In this document: piece by piece, positions 12,562 to 26,005 of the stretch
Position numbering within the stretch: position 1 is the first letter of the stretch
Layout: every line of letters begins with the position of its first letter
Assembly: GCF_018350175.1 (NCBI RefSeq)
Contig: NC_058368.1
Coordinates: 45,386,001 to 45,450,000, forward strand
DNA: 64,000 bases
Origin: Felis catus
Taxonomy: Eukaryota
Reading direction: 5' to 3'
The notes under the pieces: generated by a model
The model's input: the letters and a program-made list of their open reading frames with translations, nothing else
Told to the model about the DNA's origin: nothing
The model's database searches: none
Program-made: the position numbers and the translations under genes

Positions 12562-13487
12562 CTTTAGCTATTCATCAGTTGGTGGACATTTGAGCTCTTT
12601 CCATAATTTTGTTATTGTTGATAGCCCTGCTATAAACATTAGGTAACATGTGCCCCTTCAAATCAGCATTTTTTTATCCTTTGGATAAATACCTAGTAGT
12701 GCAATTGCTGGGTCATAGGGTGGTCCTATTTTTAATTTGTTGAGGAACTTCCATACTGTTTTCCTGATTGGCTGCACCAGTTTGCATTCCCAACAACAAT
12801 GCAAAAAGTTCCCCTTTCTCTTCATCCTTGCCAACATCTCTTGTTTCCTGAGTTGTCAATTTTAGCCATTCTGACAAGGTATGAGGCGGTAGTTCTCCCA
12901 CTGTGGTTTTGATTTGTATTTCTCTGATGATGAATGATGTTCAGCATCTTTCCATGTGTCTTCAGCCATCTGGATGTCTCCTTTGGAAAACTGTCTATCC
13001 ATACCTTCTTCCCATTTCTTCACTGGATTATTTGATTTTGGGGGATTGAGTCTGGTAAGTTCTTTATAGATTTTCAATATTAACCCTTTCTCCTAAATAT
13101 CATTTGCAAATATCTTCTCCCATTCTGTCTTTTGCCTTTTATTTTGTTGATTGTTTCCTTCACTGTGCAGAATATTTTTATCTTGATGAGGTCTCCCAAT
13201 AGTTCATTTTTGCTTTTATTTCCCTCGCCTCCAGACACATGTCAAGTAAGAAGCTGCTGTGTCTGAGGTCAGAGGCTGCTATCTATTTTCTCCTATAGGA
13301 TTTTGATGGTTTCCTGTCTCACATTTAGGTCTTTCATCCAGTTTGAATTTATTTTTGTGTATGGTGTAAGCAAGTGGTCCAGTTTCATTCCTCTGCATGT
13401 CACTATCCAGTATTCCCAGCACCATTTGCTGAAGTGACTGTCTTTTCCATTGGATACTGTTTCCTACTTTGTCAAAGATTAGTTTGA
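12127..13487 (-). mobile_element. 5'-truncated carnivore LINE-1 (ORF2 C-terminus and 3' UTR)
   Basis: Minus-strand ORF fragments [29 protein letters not shown]; carnivore L1 3' UTR with poly-T on the + strand. Confidence 0.92.
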
Positions 13488-13679
13488 AAATTCTATTTGA
13501 AATTTATTTGGCTTGTCACTACAGAAAAACAGGGATAAAAAATAGCAAGCTTAGGTAAGTTATAAAGGTTTATATGTTCTTATATTATCTGAAACAATTC
13601 TGAGGGTGTTATCCTTCACTTCCTTGATTGGCAGTAATTGCAGGCTTCAATGACCTCTCACTCTCCACTTTTATTAGTG

Positions 13680-13974
13680 AGATCACCATGCTCCAACAAG
13701 GGCAAGCTGCACAGAGAGGTCTGGGAGAAGAGATGCCATAGAAAGAGAAAGAGACAAAGCAGCAACAGAGGCGACAGACATCTAAGTGAAGAAGCCACCT
13801 TGGGTTGCAGTTGGATTCTCTAGGCCGAGCTGCTTGCCCATCCTGTATGGATGACACAACTGTCCTCTCAAGACCTTTCTAAACTCCTGATCCACAAATT
13901 CATGAGAAAAATTAAAGGTCGTTTTAAACCACTAGGTTTAGGGAGAAGTTTGGCACAGAAATAGAAAAAGAACA
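13680..13974 (+). mobile_element. MaLR LTR (MLT1G/H-like), partial
   Basis: 3' end cctgatccacaaattcatgaga...gttttaaaccactaggtttaggg...gaaca resembles the MLT1 3' terminus. Confidence 0.65.
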
Positions 13975-13977
13975 AGA

Positions 13978-14090
13978 TGGTTACTTAATTTCTTGGTACA
14001 TAAGCTTCCTCTACTGTAATATGAGGGTGGATAATAATACCTATCTCATAAGGTTATTGCGTTCATTACATGAGATTTATAATACACATA
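13978..14090 (+). mobile_element. MIR fragment
   Basis: MIR core: ttcctctactgtaatatgagg..ataataatacctatctcataaggttattg. Confidence 0.7.
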
Positions 14091-15836
14091 CATATTGAGG
14101 GGAGAATAAAAAATCTGGGAGTTTAAAAAAATCTGTTATATATACTGACTGTAAGTGTGTGATAATTTGGTTGCTATCATAATTAGCATCCTGTTGAAAA
14201 GAGTGATATTCTCAGTGGTGTGATAGTGGATGAAATCATAGTATAAACCTATCCACATTGACATCCTACTGTAATTAACTTTGGAATGTGAGGCATTTCC
14301 AGTCTGGTGGACATCATTTTATGTGTAAGCAAGGACCCTTCTGATTTTTTTTTTAATATATACAGGATGAAAAGGTGAATCTAACTTGGTTTAGTAATGA
14401 AATAAATTTTCAGAATCATCTTAATATTTTTTAATTTATAAATTGCCTTAATGTTTTTAATTATTTTGTTTTTGCCACAGTTAAATACCTCTTGAGAAAT
14501 CTTCCTAATTTGTTTGCTATTTCAAGTCATTCATCCCTAATAACATGAGGGCATTAGGGACATAAACAAGAATTTCATATAAATCAACTACCTGACTAAG
14601 GAATTAAATAGCCAGTGGGAAACATCAGACTAAATATAACCCGATAGGAAAACAACTCATTCTGATTGGTAAAGAAAAAAAGGGGCACTTAAAAATATTA
14701 ATAACAGAAATATATTTTTATTAGTGCTTTTTTAACTTTATCGAACTAGCAATAAAATATGCAATATGTTTCTATCCATTATAAACCTTTAAATAACTTC
14801 CTTTAATTTTATTTTTCTTTTTTGACAACTAAATAAAAGAAGAAAAGTGCTTAAATGGCAGGATTGGTAAGGATCAGAACAGTAAACTATGATCTTTCTG
14901 TCTTGTTTTTGTTTTTGTCTTGCAAAGGAATCTAGACAGTGTTGACTACCATTGAAAATGGGGGGAAATTACACAAAATTTTTAAAAATAAGTAATGTGT
15001 AATATTATAGTACGAAAACCAAACTGGAGTTAAGAACAAGTCTTCAGATGATTATGTTGATTATGACTTAATGTTCAGTGCTGTTGGACACAGAAGGGTT
15101 AACAATTCCCAAAATTACAAAGAAATCTATCTACATTTTTATTTATGTGAAAACTTTGTCAGTAGTTCTATAACATCTCAAATATGTTTAGGCTAGGCTA
15201 AAGCTGTCAATGTCATATGCAATCCCAAGACATCGCATATAGGGATGGAAATGCGTTCAAACAACTGAGAATACTCGTAAATCACAGCCTGTGCAAACTG
15301 AGTGCCCTCTGTGTAGAAGATTGTTTTCTCAGATATCTATATGACATAATCCATCACTTCATTTGTCTCTGCTTCTATTTACCCTAAGTCTCATGATGGT
15401 AAAAAAGTTAAGCCATAAATTTTACAACCTCATTCTAGTAATGTTACTTGACACATATAATCATTTTTTTATTTCTAATACTTATCATATAGCCCCATCT
15501 AACAACAATAGGGATAGATATAAATGAGAGCAATTAATTAATTAATTAGCATCACTGTTTTTTTTATGCAGTCCCCTTACTTGTTGACCAAATATCCCAC
15601 CATTTCCTTTCTTCCACACTTAGAACTTTCACTTTGCGTCCCACAGAGATAAGCCAAATTAGTCCAGCCAGGCAATCTATCCATACTGAAGGCCAGGATC
15701 TAAGTGTGGTGTGTGATAATCTCTACAAGCAGTCCAGTGGAAAAGGAAAGAAGGAAGGAAGGAAATAAACTTCCTTTTCTCTCCATCCAAGACAATGCAT
15801 AATAGAGAAATGGGGACAGTTTTTACAAAAAATTGA

Positions 15837-15966
15837 GGGGACATGGGGTGGCTCAGTCAGTTAAGTTTCTGACTCATGATTATGGCTCAGGTCATGATCT
15901 CCTAGTTGGTTTGTGAGTTCAAGCCCCACATCGGGCTCTGTGCTGACAGTGCAGAGCCTGCTTGGG

Positions 15967-16018
<52 letters not shown>

Positions 16019-16124
16019 TCCCTCTCCCTCTCCCTCTCCCTCTCTCTCTTTCTCTCTCTCTCTGCCCCTCACCCTGCATGTGCATGCTCTCTCTCTCTCA
16101 AAATAAATCAATAAACTTAAAAAA
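15837..16124 (+). mobile_element. CanSINE with expanded (CT)n/(CCCTCT)n
   Basis: SINE head, long CT tract, tail; TSD AAAAA(A/T)TTGAG on both sides. Confidence 0.92.
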
Positions 16125-16419
16125 TTTGAGAAGAAGAATATGAGGTATCCAGCAATTACTCTAGCAATTTCAACAACCTCTTACCTAGGAAAGTGAAATG
16201 ATTCTTGATTAGGCATTGATTTTCCTCCCTGGAGAATATCCTTTCTACTGTTAACTTGGCTTCTTATAGGTTCTTCCCCCCCACCCCCATTTATCTTCTT
16301 TGGCCATATCTGAAGTACTACAGGGAAATATGCTTTCCTTGGGAGCCACAGAGTCTTCTCTTCCTTTTCTTTTGCTAATAATCTCTTATGATTTATTGCC
16401 AAAAGCAGTCAATAGCAAC

Positions 16420-16803
16420 TGTTTTAATTTATAGGGTTGCCATAACAAAATACCACATATTGCTGGCTTAAACAACAAAAATTTATTTTCTCACAGTTCT
16501 GGAGGTTAGAAGTCTAAGATCAAGGTATCAACCCATCTGCTTTCCCCTGAGGCCTCTTTGATCCTCTTGGAGATGGCTGCCTACTCACCATGTCCTGACA
16601 TGACCCTTTTCTCTGTGCTCCTGCATCCGTGGTGTCTCTTTCTCTTCTTAGAAGCATACCAGCCATTTTTGATTGGAACCCCACCCTTATGACCCCATTT
16701 AACCTTAGCAACTGCTTTAAAGTCCCTGTCTCCAGTCATAATTACATTGGTGATTAGAGCTTGAACATAAGAATTTCAGGAGAACACAGTTCAATCCAAA
16801 ACA
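16420..16803 (-). mobile_element. MaLR solo LTR (MLT1A/B-like)
   Basis: TG...CA ends; motifs ccataacaaaataccaca, tctcacagttctggaggttagaagtctaagatcaagg, ccacccttatgaccccatttaacc; 5-bp TSD GCAAC/GCAAT. Confidence 0.88.
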
Positions 16804-17094
16804 GCAATAAACATATACTACTAACTTTCCATTTTCCAATCTCTTTCTCTAGAAACAGAATTTTATTGAGTAGTTGATCTGCCTCCCAAAGTACAACAGA
16901 GTTTTACTAAGCATTTTTTAGTGTAAAACATAGATTCTCATCTTCCCAGCTTCTTATAGTAGGCTCCTAAATAACAATTACCTCTAAGATGCCACAATAC
17001 CTTTTGGTAACACTTTCTACATTAGTCAGCATAGACCAGTTATGCTGTGATAGCAAATTGACACTCAAATCACAATAAGTTAACACAACAAAGA

Positions 17095-17104
17095 CGCGCG
17101 CGCG

Positions 17105-17156
<52 letters not shown>
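17095..17156. repeat. (CG)5-(TG)n alternating purine-pyrimidine microsatellite
   Basis: cgcgcgcgcg followed by a TG run with one CG. Confidence 0.95.
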
Positions 17157-17160
<4 letters not shown>

Positions 17161-17237
17161 ACATGTCATTATATTGGGGATAGAAGTCTCGGGGGGTAGT
17201 ATCTTTAATACCTATAATCATTTAAGAATGCAGTCTC

Positions 17238-17457
17238 GGGGTGCCTGGGTGGCTCGGTCAGTTGAGCGTCCAACTTTGGCTCAGGTCATGATCTCACAGT
17301 TCGTGGGTTCGAGCCCCACATCGGTCTCTGTGCTGACAGCTTAGAGCCTGGAGCTTGCTTCAAATTCTATGTCTCCCTCTCTCTCTGCTCCTCCCCCGCT
17401 CATGCTCTCTCTCTCCTTCAAAAGTAAATAAAAGCATTGAAAAAAATTAAAAGAAAA
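17238..17457 (+). mobile_element. CanSINE
   Basis: Perfect 14-bp TSD AAGAATGCAGTCTC at 17224-17237 and 17458-17471. Confidence 0.95.
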
Positions 17458-19679
17458 AAGAATGCAGTCTCACAGAGACCACCAATTTATAGCCACATAG
17501 TATTGAATATGTATCTTCTTCAGATGGTATTTGAGGGAAAAATAGACACTAAATAACCATAAGTAAGCTTTATCACATAAAAGTATGTTGTTATAATTCC
17601 TACTTATATCTTATTAGCTAATAGAGTCATAGGTCTTCATCTAAAGGGAGCTTAAGGTGGCAAATAAAATATTTAGAGAATATTAATAAACAAAATAAGT
17701 AAGTAAGTAAGTAAATATAATTATAGACTTGGAAATCAAAAGAGAGCACTGCATGTTCTTCCAATGTCATATTTGGGTATTGTTCAACAAGAACACCTAA
17801 ACCTAAGAATTACTAGATTTTCTACAAGAATTTTTCTGTTTGACTTTGTTATTTCCTATTTCATTAGAGCCAAGACTCAGTTATGTAACTGAGAGTTCTC
17901 CTCAGAAGAAAAATAATCCTAATAATTGTGTTTTACTGCCCTATAGGACATTGCCCCAATGTTGTTACCTATCCCAGGAGCGTTATTCTAACATTCCTTG
18001 TTTTCAAAATGCCTATAAAAGGCCATTTTCAAAATATTTTTTGGAATGAACTTTACCATCTTCCTATTTCCACTTTTAATTATGTGTTCAATAAAATAAT
18101 TTATACATGTTATATGTTTGATGAGAGTCATGAAACTTTTGCCACCTGACATACCAGAATTTTATGTACAATCAATTGGACATCCTCTAATATAATAGAT
18201 GCACTCTAAGAATATTGACTTTGTTTTCTAAAATTGCATATGCCTACCTATATCAGAGGAGTGTTTTCCATATAGTACACCGTCAGTAATCCTTGTGGAA
18301 TGATTTAAGGAAATGATTCTGTAACTCAGAAACAAGCCTATAACTTAAGCTTTGCTTTATTAATTTTCAGTACAAATAGCATCTACTAATGGAGGATCTA
18401 AATTTCAATGACATCTTTAACATCTCAAAAGTTGAATATTTGAAAGTAAAGGAAATGAAAATTAAAGTTATGCATGTTCCATGGATTAGGCAGACAAATA
18501 TTCTGCAATAATGTCACATAATATCATATACGGACTGTCCCAAAATACTCTAATGTTCATTACTGTAATATCTGAACATTAGCTTAACTAGTTGGTGGCT
18601 ATTTTCAAGTTTATTCAATAGGTGTTTTTTCATATTCACAGATGAGTTTCTTAAAATGTTGATACTGTATGCTTTTAAAATTTATGTATTTCATTACAGT
18701 TTATCCAGGTTTTTAAACTGAGTATATAAAATTTATTGTAAAGCTAGAGTTCCTCATATGGTTGGTCTTGACACGAGGTACTAATTTTTAACCTCGTATC
18801 AACTTTACAGAATGAATTCTGTAGAACAGTGTTTTACTTGTACAAACCGGCAACAGCAGCTCATTTCTCTAGCTGCCTTAACTTCTCCTCCTGCTACAAT
18901 AAATCTCGGTGCTCTACAGACACTCGTTTTTCTCATGCTCCTCTTCATTCTTGTCAATATGCTTTCAAATTCATGCCGACCTGTTTAAAGGCTTGTTCTG
19001 AGCATGACACATTTCTTTTTGCTGAGAAGAGTGTAAAAAGGATTAATATCGTTTCACATGCAAGATTAATGTAGTCACACACCAAAAACTGGCTAGAGGT
19101 GCAACTCAGCTTTTTAGTAACCACTTATCATGAAACTTGGACACCATAATATTCATGTAAATATTTCCAAGAAACATAATATCCATGGGAGCTCATGAAT
19201 TTAAAATTTGCTCAGCTATTTCTGTTAAGAAACTGATATGTTGTATTTATCTCCCTGACTTTCCTAATAATCATATTTCATGGTTGACAGAAAATCACCA
19301 AGTCGCTCTATTAGCATGCCGATTTTCACTTTCACCTATGGTAACTAAGGTAAATGTTTAAGATACTGCCAATCTTACATATATAATGGATTTTCCATGG
19401 GTAAAATGAAATTGATTGGAAAGTTCTCAAGTACTCAAATACTCTGAACCAGACTATTTTTCTTTCCAAGAAAAAATTTGAGAGATACCCACTGGAAAAT
19501 ATCATACAAGGAGTGAATATTAAATTGAATTCAATCTATAGATGCAGATATATACAAGTTTAATTCAACAAATAAGTATTAGAATTTATAGTTTTATAAC
19601 ATTTATTATATGCAGTAACATATATTATATGCAAACATTTTACATATTACATGCGGTAAAAATCTGAGGAGCTTCATAT

Positions 19680-20075
19680 GACACACAGTATTGGTCATGA
19701 TCTAAAGTTTACCTACCTGTCCAGCTTGCTCTCCTGCCCAGGACCTATCTCCATTCATGTATTTTGCTGCATTCTGTTTTAGAGTCCCTAAATACTCTGT
19801 TCTTTATGTTAAAGACTTTTACATAATACTGCTCTCCAAATTACATGTCCTTGCTCTTACATCTGATTAATGCCTATTTTTCAAGACTCTGAATGCTATC
19901 TCATTTGGGAAACTTTTATTCACTGCTCAGACTAAGTGAGATGTTCTTCCTCTGTGCTCAATCATTGTACAGACATCTTCATAATGGGGGTTTTCATGTC
20001 ACATTGTAATTTGTTTGCCTGACTCTCCTACCCCAAATAGACCCTGCCATCTTTGAAAACAGAGTATTTAACTCC
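19680..20075 (+). mobile_element. L2 3' fragment
   Basis: Pyrimidine-rich L2-like motifs (cctctgtgctc...cacattgtaatttgtttgcctgactctcc...tagac). Confidence 0.55.
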
Positions 20076-21110
20076 TTTCTTTATTTAATACTTTGGAGAC
20101 TCATATTTTCTATTTGAAATTCTTACGTAGAAGGCAGATACCTGCAGGACTCTATGGAAAAATTCAGCACAAGCATCAGAAGACTCACCAAAGTTAATGA
20201 CACAGAATAGGAGAAGTATGTGGAACATTTGCCATCTCATTGGTTTAAAAAGGTTGCCTGTATTTTGTAACAATACAATGACCATGGAAAAATAGTCATT
20301 GCCTACAATGCAGTTTAAAATAAGTTTCGATGAAGGCAGATGTATATGAAAGGATATATAATGTATGAAAGAACATCGTTTTACTTATGTCCTCAAGTCA
20401 GCTCTTTTCACTAGTTTAGTACTACCTGGCTAGTGGTAGGGGCCCCCTTCAGTAACAAAAGTAATTAGGTGGCAAGACAATTATTGCTGTAGTCTGAATA
20501 AAGGTATTTTAGTAAATTCCTGCCACAGTTTAGACATTTAAAAATACTTATAGAAGTATGATTCAATAGACTGAATAAATGATTTAAACGATAAATTTTA
20601 TTCCTAAGCTTCAAAGAAGAAAGAAGAAACCTACAATGATTTGCCTACTGTGAGATTGTTTCTTTCTGGACATTCATACTGTACACATTACAGATATTAT
20701 AGAATTATAGACATTCTGCAATTCCTTTCAGCCTATTTTAATTTGAATATAGCCATATATTAATTTGATAGAAAAAATCTTCATCGCTTTTCATGTAAAT
20801 CATGCTTAGAGATCCCATTAATCTAGTTTAAGCAAATTTTCTCATTTATGCTTCAATTGTATAAATTTGACATCAAGATGTTTAAGGAAATATGAAATAT
20901 GATCTTGTATACATTAAGATATGCTACCATCAGCTACAGTAACGAACGGTCCCTAAATCTCATCAGCCTATCACATCAAATGTTTATTTCTTCTTCACAT
21001 AAAGTCCACTAGCGATCTGGTGACTCATACTGCATGTTCCTGGAAGTGGTGAGCTGCAAATACATCTACTCTCCATTATCATATTAAAACTTATTTGCTT
21101 GGCTTTAACT

Positions 21111-21310
21111 TTTATTTTTTTAAGTTTATTTATTTTTGAGAGAGAGAGAAAGCATGAGTGGGGGAGAGGCAGAGAGAGAGTCAAAGAGAATCCCAAGCAG
21201 ACTCCACACTGTCAGTGCGAAGCCCGATGCGGGGCTAGAACCCACCAACCATGAGATCATGACCTGAGCTGAAGGAGGACATTTAACTGACTGAGCCACC
21301 CAGGTGCCCC
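21111..21310 (-). mobile_element. CanSINE
   Basis: Ends gagccacccaggtgcccc; GA tract; T-rich tail. Confidence 0.92.
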
Positions 21311-22342
21311 AGCTATTTTATTTTTATAATGTAGAAGTGCAATAAGAAATATAGCACATAACATCCATGTAATTTAAAATTCTAATACAAATTCGATCTG
21401 ACTTTCTAAATTCATAGCTAGAGGCTGGGAATAACCTTCCCACTTTGATTATAATGGTTTAAAACTTATATTTCTTTAGTCTTCAATTTTAAAGTAATCA
21501 CTAAACTAAAAAATTAAGTATTAACTTAGTATAATGCCTCTTGAATTAAGAAGGCAAATTTCATAAGCTTGGCTATTATCTTTCTGTATATTTAGTCATG
21601 TTAATATTTTATAGATGCTTATCATTTTGTACAATAACTACTGTTTTTTGATAATACGAAGCTTACTGGTTACATTTCTTACTATAATTATTTTCCATTT
21701 GCAATATTTTCCTTCAGTGTTGTTTGGAGAATGAATTTCTTGTAACTTACAGATTTCATATCACCTTTCCCCCTCTTTTTCCTATACATATTAGCCATTT
21801 TGTTGAAATACAAGTTTATATCATCACCGTGGTACATGAATCACAAAAAATTCTATCTTTATTCCCATACTTTCATTTTAACTTGTTATGCAAAAAATAT
21901 CTTGGAATGATTTCAATATTCATCCAAAGGAAATTAAGATTTTTAAGTACCAGGACCCTGAGAAACCTTGCAAGTATTGAGCCTCAAATATTTGCCCATA
22001 TTTACATATTGTTTTCCCCAAAGAACACAGCCAGATTGTTGCAAGTCATACGCCCACATAGTCAATTCCAAGAGAAAATAAAGGTCACAAAGACTGAAAT
22101 TCTCCTTGCTACTGTTCTAGTCCTTTTAAATTTTTGCAGTTGCCACCATTACATTGGGCCCTTCAAGGGCAACTGCTCCTCTCTCTCCCATTCCGTTTCT
22201 GCTAGGGCTTTACTCACATCCCTCTTGGCCGATTTTTAATTTGCATCCTTTACCTTGGCAATGCAGATTCTCCCATCTGACAGCGATGTTCAAAGTGTCT
22301 AAAGGGATGAATTTAGACACTTTTTCTGTGATCCATTAAAGA

Positions 22343-22537
22343 ATTTTTTAAAAATATTTATTTTGGGGAGAGCACAGCCGGGGAGGGGTACAAAGAGGGG
22401 GACAGAGGATGTGAAGCAAGCTCTGCACTGAGAGTCTGACAGCAGCGAGCCCGGTGTGGGGTGTGAACTCACAAACCATGAAATCATGACCTGAGCAGAA
22501 CTCAGACACTCAATGGACTGAGCCACCCAGGTGCCCC
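22343..22537 (-). mobile_element. CanSINE
   Basis: TSD CCATTAAAGA on both sides; SINE head in reverse. Confidence 0.9.
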
Positions 22538-22699
22538 AACCCATTAAAGACTTTCAAACCCTTGAGGCATTGCCCTCAAGCAGATGCCCTGGTTCTCCTT
22601 CCTTTCCTGATCAGCCTCACCAAGAAGTGTGAGCACACTGCCCGTTCCTCTGTGTATGAGCCTTCCTTCTCACCACACTCTAATCAATACTTCTTACTT

Positions 22700-22731
22700 A
22701 AAAACTTTTTTTTTTACATTTATTTATTTTT

Positions 22732-22764
<33 letters not shown>

Positions 22765-22930
22765 TAGAAGCGGGGGAGGGACAAATAGAAAATGAGACAC
22801 AGAATCTGAACCAGGCTCCAGGCTCCAAGCTGTCAGCACGGGGCCCGACGCTGGGCTCGATCTCACAAATTGTGAGATCATGACCTGAGCTGAAGTCGGA
22901 CGCTTAACCGGCTGAGCCACTCAGGTTTCC
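22700..22930 (-). mobile_element. CanSINE (left member of tandem pair)
   Basis: TSD CAATACTTCTTACTT at 22685-22699 and 22931-22945. Confidence 0.93.
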
Positions 22931-22946
22931 CAATACTTCTTACTTT

Positions 22947-23142
22947 AAAAAAAAAAAAATTAATGTTTATTTATTTTTGAGGGGGGGAGGGGCAGAGACA
23001 GAGGGAGACACAGAATCTGAAGCAGGTTCCAGGCTCCAAGCTTCCAGCACAGAGCCCAATGCAGGGCTTGAACTCACAAACTGCAAGATCATGACCTGAG
23101 CTGAACTTGGAAGCTTAACCGACTGAGCCACCCAGGCGCCCC
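22947..23142 (-). mobile_element. CanSINE (right member of tandem pair)
   Basis: TSD TACTTCTTACTTT at 22934-22946 and 23143-23155. Confidence 0.93.
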
Positions 23143-25801
23143 TACTTCTTACTTTTTAAAATGTGCACCACGATCACTGTCTCCAGGGACAGTAACAACC
23201 TCAGAAATGGCAGATGCAATGTCTTTTTTACTACCTACATCCTAACTGGGGAAACTTTACAATTTCGTTCAAGCAATCTCATTTCTAGTTTTCACATTTC
23301 CATTTCAAGGAAATAACCTCCTAATATTTTCCACAGAAGGCATTCACTCATTGCCAACATATTCTGGTTCGCATTGTTAGTCACTGTTTATTCTGCTTTG
23401 TGCACATTTTAACTTCCTAAATTTAATTGTCATATCATGCTTCTTCCTTTGCCAGTAATTTATAGTGCAGATTTATCTTATTCCACAGATACACATTCTT
23501 CTTGATACACAGAGCCTTCATGTGTTTATTTTCTTCCTTCACCAAAATGATATGCTGCTGCTTAATTATAAACCCTGTCAGGAACTTCAACCTTCTTCTT
23601 TTATGTTGGTAGATTTTTATTGTCCTTCTGCCAAATTACAAAATAAAAAAGTTGGTTATTTCTCTATATTAAGTATCTTCAATTTGATATTTGTCATTAG
23701 ATATAACTAGTGGGAAGCATTCATTTTTATTCCAAAATGACATGTTTATCTAGAAGCTCCTGCCAAAAGTCAAAGCATTATTATATAAGATAAACGTGCC
23801 TGAGTTATCTGTACATATGGAGTCATGGAATATACGAGAAATTCCAGTCTTTCTCTATGTTCCTCAAACGTGCTGTCTAGTTATCTTCAGGTATACTTTA
23901 ACTCTCTGTGTTAGGAAGCCAACTCAAGACTTCTAGTTCCATGACCACCTCAAGGGTTTACATACGTAAATAGGTGAAATGTGCGTCTAAGATATGAACT
24001 TCTGCTTATGTATTTTCTTCAATTCCCTACAAGCATTTTTTCTAATCCCTTTTCGGCTCTCAAGCTGGTGGTACCAGCTTCAAGGTGTTGCCTGAAAGAC
24101 TAATGGTACACTGAAGAAGAATTCTAGCTACTGCCTTTGAAAGGACCAAGTTTTTTCCATTCAGAAGATTTTAAAGCAATAAAGGATGGACAAAAGCAGT
24201 TTTGGGGACAGACATAGATAGACATAGAAGAATATCTTAGAAGGAGCAAGAAATATATTTCTATATTTTCATTCCTTCAATGATAAGCTAGAAAGAGATT
24301 TCCTAGATTAGAAACACGAGGGTAGAGAAGCTTTGGGGGTACGTTAGCATCGTGGCTGGGTGGTAAGATAGGCAGCAGCACTGGGGAGAAAGAAGAACCC
24401 GAAGACAAAGCTAGGCTGTGTTGTAAGAGAATCCCTGCGAAAATCATTGTACAGCAGCAGCAGATTTCAGACCTGAATGTGCCAAAAGACGGGGTCAACA
24501 CATGCAATAACAATAACATAATGTGACGTACACACTGACCCCAACTCCACTCACTCTATTCCCCAAAACCTGACATGATCCAGAACAAAAGTCCTCCAAA
24601 CGACAAAGGATTTCTATTATATTTAAAGTAGATAGGATGGAGGTGGGAATTATGTTCAGTAACAGAGAATGAAGAAATCATCCACATTTGGGTTCGTGGA
24701 TGGAGATCCTATATGTCACATTCATATCCTTGAAAAAATGATTTCAAAAAAACCACTCCATCTCCATTATTCATAAAATGGGTAACTAGTTTAGTTGTCA
24801 TTTAGGCAAATTCTACAAAGTCAACAAACTCTTGACTCCATTTTACTTCGACTTAAATTTGAACTTCAATTGTAAATGTGTGCATATGAGTGTATGTGTG
24901 TGTATGCATCTGTGCACAATCTCACTTTATGTTCAAGATAGCGATATGAAGTATATATGAATGGCCTCCTAATGCACATACAGTAACCACATCTCAGGGA
25001 TTCTAAATGGTTTATACACATAGTAACGTGGAAGGGACAGATTCCATCCTGGTTCTAAAACAACATGCTCTATATGTTTTGCTGAGTCTATGGCAGCACA
25101 TATATTTAAATAGTTTATTAACTTAGTGAAATGAAAAGAAGTCAAGTTCACTGAGGAAAAGTCAGCAGGCTTGTCCACTGCCTGACAGCGACAGCTCTTA
25201 GAGGCAGCTGACCTCTTTGAATTGGATGGCAGCACAAAGTCTGCATTTCCCTTGAGCTGTATGTGAGTGAGCACCACTGGGCAGCCGGTGGTCCCAGTAC
25301 TGGTGTGCCACTTCCCCAAGCAGCTAATGCCCAGGATTAGACTGTGCTCCTCCTCCCACTTGCAAGGTTAATCTCATTCATGACCTAAAGAAAGTGGCAA
25401 ACATAATCCAAGAGATGTCCCTGCATAGAATGAAAAGTAAATGAGAGCACACTATCATAAATTACATGTGAGTTCCCAACATAGCAAGACATAGAGACTA
25501 AGGGCATTTCCTTAAGGCCTAAGTCTAAATTCCCTAGCTCTACACTACTTATGTAACATTATTCTGATTTCCTTTTGAAAAGTTTTCATTTTGTAGAGGA
25601 TTACTTTTGACAGTTTTTTTTTTAATGTCAACTAATTATATTGGTAGGGGAAAATACATCATTAATAAGAATATCATAATTTTTTCAGCTACAGTATTTT
25701 AATTATTAACATATTATAACTGAAAAACTTATTAAGATAAGGCACTAGTGGCCAGGAAATGATGGTGGCAGTTAAATGATGATTAAAATACACTTGGAAC
25801 T

Positions 25802-26005
25802 GGGGCGCCTGGGTGGCGCAGTCGGTTGAGCGTCCGACTTCAGCCAAATCACGATCTCGTGGTCCGTGAGTTCGAGCCCCGCGTCAGGCTCTGGGCTGAT
25901 GGCTCAGAGCCTGGAGCCTGTTTCCGATTCTGTGTCTCCCTCTCTCTCTGCCCCTCCCCCGTTCATTCTCTGTCCCAAAAATAAATAAACGTTGAAAAAA
26001 AAATT
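25802..26005 (+). mobile_element. Young felid CanSINE (SINEC_Fc-like)
   Basis: GGGGCGCCTGGGTGGCGCAGTCGG head with most CpGs intact; perfect TSD AAAATACACTTGGAACT at 25785-25801 and 26006-26022. Confidence 0.96.

Noticed and set aside
21724..22239. Longest ORF in the window (171 aa)
   Set aside because: Non-ATG start, AT-driven F/I/L/K composition, no recognisable domain; consistent with chance
25802..25885. tRNA-like A/B boxes
   Set aside because: tRNA-derived head of a CanSINE, not a tRNA gene; the same applies to all SINE heads
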